A DNA stretch of 26,491 nucleotides from an uncultured archaeon (GTDB lineage: Archaea; Iainarchaeota; Iainarchaeia; Iainarchaeales; CSSED10-239). A model generated the notes under the pieces. The model was not told the origin of the DNA. It saw only the letters and a program-made list of their open reading frames with translations, and made no database searches. The stretch lies in the NCBI GenBank assembly GCA_964591795.1, contig CAZQEL010000012.1, forward strand, positions 1-26,491. The letters run 5' to 3'. The translations under genes were made by a program, and so were the position numbers. Numbering within the stretch: the stretch's first letter is position 1; the number at the start of each line of letters is the position of its first letter. Below, piece by piece: positions 8,089 to 16,400 of this stretch.

Positions 8089-9153
8089 ATGAGTATAGTT
8101 GATAATAAATTTTCAAAATCAGAAATAAATCGAGCAGGTAATATTTTATGCAATGACAAAAATTATTCCTCTGAAGAAATTAATAATGCTTTAGAAGTTG
8201 TAAGTTATTGGAAATCAATACATAATTATCCTTTAAATATTTTTAAAAATAGATTAAGTAGAATATCTAAAAAAATAGATGGAAATGCATTATCTGCTCA
8301 AAGATTAAAGAGAGTTTCATCTATAATTTCAAAATTACAAAGAAAATATTATAATAATTTACCTACAATGAAATTAACTCAAATGCAAGATATTGCAGGT
8401 TGTAGAGTTGTTTTATCTAATTTATCACAAGTAAGAGAGTTATATGAAAAATATTATCTTAAAGGAAATTTAAAGCACACTTTAGTAAATGAAAAAAATT
8501 ATATTCAAAATCCAAAATTAGATGGATATAGAAGTATTCATTTAATTTATAAATATACAAGTGATAAAGGTAAAAAAGAATATAATGATTTACTTGTAGA
8601 AATACAAATTAGATCTAAAATACAGCACATTTGGGCAACTGCAGTAGAAACTGTTGATTTTTTTACAAAACAAGCTATAAAATCTAATCAAGGTAATAAA
8701 AATTGGATGTATTTTTTTAAACTTGTAAGTTCCGCATTTGCAATGATTGAAAAATCAACTTTAATTCCTGGTGTTTCTCAAAATGAGAAAGGTTTGTTTT
8801 TAGAAATTAAAAAAAAAGAGATAGAATTAGATGTTATAAAACAAATGACTCAATGGTTTAAATCTTTAAAATTTTTTGATAATTTTAAAAAGAATCAGAA
8901 AATGCATTTTTTTCTTTTAGAATTAGATATTATTACTGAAAAATTAAATATATCTGCATATACTAAAAATCAAGAAAAAGAGGCTATGTTGGCATACTCT
9001 AAGGCTGAAAAAAAGATTTATAATAAACAAGATTATGATGTTGTTTTAGTTAGTGCAGATAATGTTAAAAGTTTAAAAAAAGCGTATCCTAATTATTTTT
9101 TAGATACTAAAGAATTTTTAAAATTCTTAAATATAATTATAAAGAAATACTAA
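8089..9153 (+). CDS. RelA/SpoT-domain nucleotide pyrophosphokinase (small alarmone synthetase / toxSAS-like) with a C-terminal extension of about 130 aa
   Basis: Motifs MQDIAGCRVVL, GYRSIHLIYKY and LVEIQIRSKIQHIWATAVE. The track ORF starts at 8032, but its first 19 codons overlap the fourth TGCGCA box and the TATA-like element. I therefore prefer the ATG at 8089 (MSIVDNKFSKSEINRAG). Confidence 0.8.
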   Translation: MSIVDNKFSKSEINRAGNILCNDKNYSSEEINNALEVVSYWKSIHNYPLNIFKNRLSRISKKIDGNALSAQRLKRVSSIISKLQRKYYNNLPTMKLTQMQDIAGCRVVLSNLSQVRELYEKYYLKGNLKHTLVNEKNYIQNPKLDGYRSIHLIYKYTSDKGKKEYNDLLVEIQIRSKIQHIWATAVETVDFFTKQAIKSNQGNKNWMYFFKLVSSAFAMIEKSTLIPGVSQNEKGLFLEIKKKEIELDVIKQMTQWFKSLKFFDNFKKNQKMHFFLLELDIITEKLNISAYTKNQEKEAMLAYSKAEKKIYNKQDYDVVLVSADNVKSLKKAYPNYFLDTKEFLKFLNIIIKKY

Positions 9154-9167
9154 AAATACTAAATGCT

Positions 9168-9680
9168 ATGATTCATAGAAATTATTTTATTCAAGGAAGA
9201 ATATTAATAGAAATATATGAAGATGAAGTATTAATATTAAATCCAAGTAAGCTTCTTTTTAATTTTAAGGATTTTGGAAAACTTAGTGTTTTAAGAAACC
9301 TTATTTTAGCAGGGTGTTTACAGAGAACAGATCTTATTGAAAAAATAGGTTCCGGTATTAAACGAATAAAAAAACTTTCTCCAAGTGTTAGGTTTAATAT
9401 AGATACTGATTGGTTTAGTGTTATATTTAAGAGAAAAACTTTTTCTATTAAATCTACTGTGAATGTCGGTGTAAAAGACACTGTAAGATTAAGTTTAAAT
9501 CAAATAAAAATATTAACTTTAATTAAAGATAATGGTGGTATTACTATTGAAAAATTAAGTGATGATATTGATATAAATGTAAGAAATATTAAAAAAAATA
9601 TATTGAAATTAAAATAATTTGGTTTATTAGAAAGAATTGGTTCAGATAAGGCTGGATATTGGAAAGTTATTGAAAAGTAA
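9168..9680 (+). pseudogene. 3' fragment of a COG2865-type (HATPase_c_4 + wHTH) gene, lacking the AlbA_2 N-terminus and carrying an in-frame TAA at 9615-9617
   Basis: It begins mid-domain (MIHRNYFIQGRILIEIYEDEVLILNPSKL...RNLILAGCLQRTDLIEKIGSGIKRI). After the TAA the same frame continues FGLLERIGSDKAGYWKVIEK*, the typical wHTH C-terminus of this family. It is a paralogue of 12591..13250. Confidence 0.65.
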
Positions 9681-9724
9681 ATTTAAAAATCGTTTAATAG
9701 CTTAAGGTAGATATTTAGTTTTAT

Positions 9725-10330
9725 TTATAATAATAAAAGTTTACCATAATCTGTTAAATAAAGGAGAACACTTTTTTCTTCAATTAATCCTTTTTCTTTA
9801 AAATCTCTTATATTATTATAAATTGCTGTTCTTCCAAGATTAAATTTATCTGAATTAGCTAAATCTGGTAACGAAATTGCTTTTTTAGAAATTTCTTCTA
9901 GCAAGTCATAAGCTCTTTTTGATATTTCAAAAGAAAGCTTAGGAATAACTACCATTTGGTTTATTTCTTGTGTAAAATAAAGAATTTCTTTAATTTTATT
10001 ACTTCTAGCATAACTTCCAAGCATTATACCAATAGACTTAGATTTTCTTCCAGCAGTAATGTCTACATATATTTCATTTTTTTCTTCATTATATATTTTA
10101 TCTATATTTTGAATAACTTCTTTTGCAATTTCATATATTTCATATAGGTTTGTTTTAATTTCTTTAAATTCTATATGTTTAAAAGTATTTTTTAGTTTTT
10201 CTTTAGTTTGCTTTTGAGTATCATCTGGTTGTTTATCCATAACTAGATAAATAATATCAGGACCTATTCTTGTTATTGCTCCAACCATTGGAGTAAATGA
10301 ATATGTATTTGTTAAAAGTATTTTTTTCAT
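9725..10330 (-). CDS. CARF-like Rossmann domain + C-terminal winged-helix regulator (Csa3-like)
   Basis: N-terminal MKKILLTNTYSFTPMVGAI beta-strand start. The IYVDITAGRKSKSIGIMLG block matches the D-x-T-x-G-x-K CARF signature. The C-terminal LGRTAIYNNIRDFKEKGLIEE is a wHTH. The track start at 10393 adds 21 residues; the internal ATG at 10330 fits the domain boundary better. Confidence 0.55.
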   Translation of the reverse strand: MKKILLTNTYSFTPMVGAITRIGPDIIYLVMDKQPDDTQKQTKEKLKNTFKHIEFKEIKTNLYEIYEIAKEVIQNIDKIYNEEKNEIYVDITAGRKSKSIGIMLGSYARSNKIKEILYFTQEINQMVVIPKLSFEISKRAYDLLEEISKKAISLPDLANSDKFNLGRTAIYNNIRDFKEKGLIEEKSVLLYLTDYGKLLLL

Positions 10331-10508
10331 ATGTTTTTCACTGTAATATATGTTGTCTAATATCTTTTTAAATGTATTTTTTATTAACTTCATTCACAAT
10401 TAAGTGTATTTATATACCTTTTTTTAGATTACTTTAAAAATACTTCTGTGCTATTTATTATATATTAATACAGAATAAAGTGTACTGTACCCAGGAGTGA
10501 GATCTAAA

Positions 10509-11717
10509 ATGAAATCAGAAGTTATAAAAAAAAATTTAAAAAACAATCTAAGATTTATACATATTAAAAATAAACAAAATGAGATTGTTATTAATTTATA
10601 TGTTAAGGTAGGTTCTTTTGATGAAACTGAAGAAACTAGAGGAATTTCTCACTTTATAGAACATATGTTATGGCAAGGTACTGAAAATAATACTGGTTTA
10701 CAAATAAGAACAAAAATAAAAGATCTAGATGGAAGTTATAATGCATATACTTCTCTTAAAAGAACTTGTTTTACTATACGTGGTCCTAGACGACACTATG
10801 AAAAACTTCTTAAAATTATTTTAGATGTTGTTTCAAAACCTCTTTTTGATGAAAAAGAACTAGAAAGAGAAAGACTTGTAATCTTAGATGAATATAAAAG
10901 AGGGCTTGATGATCCAAAAACTATTTTAGATAAAAAAATACACTCTTTTATTTTTAAAGATACAAATCTTTCATATCTTCCAATAGGGACCTATGAAAAT
11001 ATACAATCTTTTACAAAAGAAGACTTAGTTAGTTTTTACAAAAAACATTATTTTTCAAATAATATGATAATAAGTATTACTGGAAACTTAGAAAAACCAG
11101 AAGAATTAATTGAAAAACATTTTATTTTAGAAAAAAAATCAATTACTAAAAGAAAACTTAAAATACCAGCCTTTAAGGGTGTGCATCAATTCAATCTTAA
11201 TGAAGGGGTTTTAGCAACACATTTTGGCTTAGTTTTTAAAACTGTAAATTATTTTGACAAAGACTTACCTGTCTTTGAAGTTATTGATTATTTATTAGAT
11301 TATGGTAAAGAAATAAACTTACTTGAAAGTATAAGACAAAACTTAGGTTTATCATACAGTATATATACCGCTCAAGTCTCTTTTCAAGAAGCAGGTTATT
11401 TATCTATAAATACAACAGTTGAACCTAATAAAATTGATTTTTTAAAAGAATCTATATTTAAGGAAATAGATAAAATAAAAACAATATCTTCTAAAGAATT
11501 AAAGTTTATTAAAAGAAAAATTAAAAAAGGTTATAATTCTATTAAAAAATATCCAATCTTTTTAGAATCAATAACAATAGAAAATGAATTGTTTGGACGT
11601 GACAATTCTTATGAAAAAAGAATAGAATTAATTGAAAAAGTGACTAGTGAAGATCTAAAAAGAGTTTGTGAAGGTTATTTTAATGATTATTTAATAGGGG
11701 TTATACAACCTAAATAG
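10509..11717 (+). CDS. M16-family (pitrilysin/insulinase-like) zinc peptidase
   Basis: Inverted zinc motif HxxEH in GISHFIEHMLWQGT. The SD-like AGGAGTG at 10493-10499 sits 9 nt before the ATG at 10509. The track's GTG start (10497) lies inside that SD. Confidence 0.85.
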   Translation: MKSEVIKKNLKNNLRFIHIKNKQNEIVINLYVKVGSFDETEETRGISHFIEHMLWQGTENNTGLQIRTKIKDLDGSYNAYTSLKRTCFTIRGPRRHYEKLLKIILDVVSKPLFDEKELERERLVILDEYKRGLDDPKTILDKKIHSFIFKDTNLSYLPIGTYENIQSFTKEDLVSFYKKHYFSNNMIISITGNLEKPEELIEKHFILEKKSITKRKLKIPAFKGVHQFNLNEGVLATHFGLVFKTVNYFDKDLPVFEVIDYLLDYGKEINLLESIRQNLGLSYSIYTAQVSFQEAGYLSINTTVEPNKIDFLKESIFKEIDKIKTISSKELKFIKRKIKKGYNSIKKYPIFLESITIENELFGRDNSYEKRIELIEKVTSEDLKRVCEGYFNDYLIGVIQPK

Positions 11718-11756
11718 TTATAAAAAGAGTTGTACATAATATAATAAGTAAGGTAA

Positions 11757-12425
11757 TTGAAAATGAAACTTCCAATAAACCCTAAAAAGTTACTAGAATC
11801 AGACTTAATTGAAAAAGAAAGATTAGAACTTAAAAAAGGTTTTAACCCTGAATCAATTATACATAAAATCACTGCTTTTGCAAATGATTTTAATAATTGG
11901 GGTGGAGGATATATTTTAATTGGAGTTAATGATAATAAAGAAGTTGAAGGTATTAATAAATATGAAATAGATTCAATTTTAAAAAAAATAATTGAACTTT
12001 GTAATAAAATAAACCCCACTTATTTTCCTGTTATTGAACCTTTTGAATATAATAACAAACATATACTAATTCTTTATTGCCCTGGTGGGTCAGAAAGGCC
12101 CTATAAAGCACCAAAATCTTTAGTAAAACCTTATGATTATAAATTATATATAAGGCATGGTCCTTGCACAGTTATAGCTAATTATAAAGAAGAAACAGAA
12201 TTAATTACTTTAAGTGTTATTCCTTTTGATGATAGAATTAATCATAAGGCAAGCATTGATGATTTAGATGATTCTTTAATAAATAAATACTTAAAAGAAA
12301 CAAACTTAAATTTAAAAGAATTATCAAAAATAGATATTTGTAAAAGTTTAAACATAGTTGATGGGTCAAAAGAATATTTAAAACCAAAAAATATAGGTAT
12401 ATTAATGTTTTGTAAAACTCCATAA
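11757..12425 (+). CDS. AlbA_2 (Schlafen-like) DNA-binding domain segment of a COG2865-type putative regulator
   Basis: ESDLIEKERLELKKGFNPESIIHKITAFANDFNNWGGGYILIGVNDNKEVEG matches the AlbA_2 signature. It ends at TAA 12423-12425, but the frame continues stop-free for 55 codons into 12591..13250. Confidence 0.75.
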   Translation: MKMKLPINPKKLLESDLIEKERLELKKGFNPESIIHKITAFANDFNNWGGGYILIGVNDNKEVEGINKYEIDSILKKIIELCNKINPTYFPVIEPFEYNNKHILILYCPGGSERPYKAPKSLVKPYDYKLYIRHGPCTVIANYKEETELITLSVIPFDDRINHKASIDDLDDSLINKYLKETNLNLKELSKIDICKSLNIVDGSKEYLKPKNIGILMFCKTP

Positions 12426-12590
12426 AAATTTATTCAAACCACTTTTATTGAAACTATTATTTTTTTTGATGAAATAGGAGATAAATTTGAAGAAAATAAA
12501 TTTGCTGGAGATATAATTTCACAAATACAAAATTCTTTAGATTATATTAAAAATAAAGTAATTAGTGAAAGAGTTGAAAAAATAGATGGT

Positions 12591-13250
12591 ATGGCTAAAA
12601 GTTTAAGATATTTTTCATATCCTTATCAAGCTATAAAAGAAGCTTTAGTTAATGCTGTTTATCATAAAAGTTATGAAGAGAACGTACCTGTTAAAATAAG
12701 AGTTGAACTTGATAGAATAGATATAGTTTCTTGTCCAGGGCCTCTTCCTCCATTAAATAAAGATAATATTAATAATGATGTTGTAATTTCTAGAAGATAT
12801 AGAAACAGAAGAATTGGTGAATTTTTAAAAGAATATAATTTAACTGAAGGAAAAAATACTGGATTTAGAAAAATCCGAAATGCTCTTAAAAATAATGGTT
12901 CACCTAAACCTATATTTATAACAGATGAAGATAGGGTTCAGTTTATTACAAGAATAAAGATTCATCCTAAATTTAAACAAAATTTTAACTTAGTTCAAGT
13001 TACCCCGCAAGTTACCCCGCAAGCTAGAATTAAAATAATTTTAGAATTTTGTAAAATTGAAAGAAATAGAGACGAAATTCAAACTAAGGTAGATATCAAG
13101 GATAGAGAATATTTCAGATCTAAAATATTAAACCCATTAATAAAAGAAGACTTAATTTCTCAAACAATTCCAGAAAAACCAAACAGTCCAAATCAAAAAT
13201 ACTTAATTACAGAAAAAGGTGTTAATTTTTTAAAAAAAGTAAGTAATTAA
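12591..13250 (+). CDS. HATPase_c_4-like + C-terminal wHTH segment of the same COG2865-type gene
   Basis: YPYQAIKEALVNAVYHKSYEENVPVKIRVELDRIDIVSCPGPLP and RRYRNRRIGEFLKEYNLTEGKNTGFRKI. It is in frame with 11757..12425. Confidence 0.75.
   Translation: MAKSLRYFSYPYQAIKEALVNAVYHKSYEENVPVKIRVELDRIDIVSCPGPLPPLNKDNINNDVVISRRYRNRRIGEFLKEYNLTEGKNTGFRKIRNALKNNGSPKPIFITDEDRVQFITRIKIHPKFKQNFNLVQVTPQVTPQARIKIILEFCKIERNRDEIQTKVDIKDREYFRSKILNPLIKEDLISQTIPEKPNSPNQKYLITEKGVNFLKKVSN
12999..13022 (+). repeat. Perfect 2 x 12-nt tandem duplication (gttaccccgcaa), encoding VTPQVTPQ
   Basis: Read directly: caa gttaccccgcaa gttaccccgcaa gct. It is conspicuously GC-rich for this window. Confidence 0.9.
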
Positions 13251-13493
13251 AAGATATAGATGTTAAATATATCTAAATAAGCATAATATAATATGTGTGA
13301 TTAAAGTTAATTGATCCAAAATAATATATTCAAAAATTAAAATCAAGAGATGAGTTTCTAAAATAAGGCTGGGTACAATTTGTACATACCCTTGAAGTTG
13401 AGACAAAAGGTGGAAATCAAAATATGAATTGTGCTAACACCAAGTCAATTTTTAGGTTATTTGGTTTATAATAAAAAATGAGTGTAATTAAAA

Positions 13494-16400
13494 ATGAGTG
13501 AAAATATTGTTCAAAATCAAGCAATTAAAAAAATTACAGGACCTTGTATTATTTTAGCTGGTGCTGGAACTGGAAAAACAACCACAATACGTCAAAAAAT
13601 TAAATATTTAATAGATAATAAGCACTATAAACCTGAAGAAATACTTTGTTTAACCTTTTCAAACGAAGCTACAAATAATTTAAAAGAAAAAATATTTGAA
13701 GATATTAAAAGCGCTTCTAATTCTTTAACAATAAAGACATTTCATTCTTTTTGTTCTGAAGTAATCAAAGAAAACTATTCTTTTTTTAATATTAATTTTG
13801 ATTTTAAAATAATACAACCAGATGACTCTAAAGTACTAATACATAAATACTTTAATATTGAACCATATAATGCAAATAGATATGTTCATACTATTCAAAA
13901 CTGTAAAGATTTTGGAATAGCTATTGAAGATATTACTAATTATATAAAAAACATCTTAGAACCAAAACTTCTTGTTAAAACAACAATTGATAATATTAAA
14001 GCCTTTTATCTTGAAAGAGAAAAAGAACTTAGAACTATTTACAAAGAAATTAAGCATGAAGACAAAGATATTAGAAAAAACTCAAAAGAATACAAAAAAG
14101 AACTAAAAAAATATATTGAAGATTATAAAAATTATATTAAATTTAATAAATTTGTTAAAACATGGAACGAATATGAACAATTAAAAAAAGAAAAGAACTA
14201 TTTAGACTATGGTGACTTAAACAAACTAGTTTTAGAATACTTTAATGAAAATGGTGCTTCTAAATACACAGAACAATACAAATATGTGTTTGTTGATGAA
14301 TTTCAAGATACAAACAAACTTCAATTTGATTTAATTAAACATATTGCAGAACATAGAAACATAACTGTTGTTGGAGATATGAATCAATCCATTTATGGAT
14401 TTAGAGGAGCTTATAAAGAAAGCTTTGAAAAATTTGAAGAAAATTTTAAAGTTTCAAAAGAAACTGATGTTTTTTATTTAAATAAGTCATACAGGTCACC
14501 AAACACAGTTTTAAATATAGCCTATGAGTTAATAAAGAACAACTATGAAGAAAACAGCAAAGAATGTAAACTAATACAAAATGCAGATAACAGAGATGGA
14601 GAAAAAGTAAAAGTAGTCTCCTTTATTGATCAATATGAAGAAGCAAGATATATTTCTGATGAAGTTGAAAAAGAAATTGAAAATAAAATACCATTAGACC
14701 AAATTGCTATTCTAATAAGAACACATAAACAAGCAGAAATTATAAAACAAGCTCTTATTCTTAAAAAAATACCTTTTGTATACTCAGGAAAAACAAATAT
14801 TCTAGAGTATGCTGAAATTAAAACTGTTGTTTCATACTTATCAATACTTAATAACTTAATTAACAGAACAGCTACTGGTGAACAAGCATGGTGGAATCTT
14901 TTTCATTATAATAATACCTTAGACCCAGTTGACTCACTTAATATAAGTCACTATTTAAAAGCACATAGAAAAGAAAATCTATCCATTGACACACTACTTT
15001 TAGAATCTTTAACTGAATTAACACCAAAGGGTCAGAAAATAGTTAATAGAGTAGTTGAAAAATTAACTATTTTAACCAAACTATCAAATAAACCACTTCC
15101 AGAACTTGTTTTAGACATATATGATATCACTGGTTTAAATAGAAATTTTACATATAAAAGAACAATTGAAAACACAGAACATTTACTTAATTTAAAACAA
15201 TTTTATGAAATTACTAAAAATTATTATGAATTTCATGATAAATCTTTAATTTCATTTATTGATTATCTTGAAATGTTAGATAAACTTGATGTAAATATAC
15301 AAGCAAATCAAGTATCAAACCTTAATGCTATAAAATTAATGACAATTCATGCTTGTAAAGGACTTCAGTTTGAAAAAGTAATACTAACTAACCTTGCTGA
15401 AAAAAGATTTCCACTAGATAGAACACATAATGATCCATTAATTCCAAAAGAATTAATTGAAGATCGTAGACTAGAAATTGAAAGATTTAAACTTGAAAAT
15501 AAAGATCTTTCTTCAATAGATTTAGAAAAAGCAACAGCAGCAAGACTAAAAGAATACGAAAAAGAAATACTTCTACTTGACGAAAGACGTCTTTGTTATG
15601 TTGGATTTACAAGAGCAAGTAAATCATTAACATTAACTTTTGCAAAATCATATAGTTCTTCAGATAAAGCTTCTAAAAATTCAGTATTTTTAGATGAAAT
15701 TAAATATTTAGAAAGCAAAGATGTAGAATATACTGAAAATCTTGAAGATATATCAACAGTAATGGCTCCAAACTCAAAAGCTGAACAATTTAAATCTCTT
15801 TTAAAAAATCAACTTGTTTCTTCATTAGATTCAGATGATTTAGAATCATTAATACAAAGACTTAGTAAATACTTTGCAGTTAGAGAAAAACAATCCTCTC
15901 TTCAAGAAATAATAAACAACGTTGTTCTTGATAAAGAAGAACTACAAAAAGACATTTTAAAATATCAAGAAAATATAAACTCAATTAAATTTAATAAAGC
16001 TGAATTTAAATTCAGCCCATCATCAATTATGACCTATTTAGAATGTCCTAAAAAATTTGAACTTTCAGTAATATATAATATGCCACAAATTGGTGCTTTT
16101 GATGAAATTGAAGAAGAAGATCTAGACTCATCAGGTTCTGCTCTTAACAAAGGTAGTTACCTTCACAAAATTTTAGAAATTTTTATAATAAATAAAAAAA
16201 CCAACATAGAAGACATACAAACCATTGCAAAAGATCTTTTAAAAACAGAATTTTTAGCAAAAATCTATCAAAAAGACTATTTAGAAATAATAGAGCTTTG
16301 TAAAGTTTTTTTAGAAAGAAACCTTGAAAAAATATCCTCCTCTAAAAAACAAGAAACAGAGATTGATATCAACTTTGAGCTTGATGGTTATAGGATACAC

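Noticed and set aside
10331-10508. The longer starts for the divergent pair: minus-strand ATG at 10393 and plus-strand GTG at 10497.
   Set aside because: The CARF fold should begin at the MKKILLT beta-strand (10330). The GTG at 10497 lies inside the AGGAGTG Shine-Dalgarno-like element that is correctly spaced for the ATG at 10509.
13476-13503. The duplicated aaaaatgagtg (13476-13486 and 13490-13500), giving two candidate ATG-AGT-G starts for the helicase gene.
   Set aside because: The first ATG (13479) runs into a TAA after four codons (atg agt gta att aaa, then aat.. in a different phase). Only the ATG at 13494 opens the long frame. This is probably a trivial short duplication.
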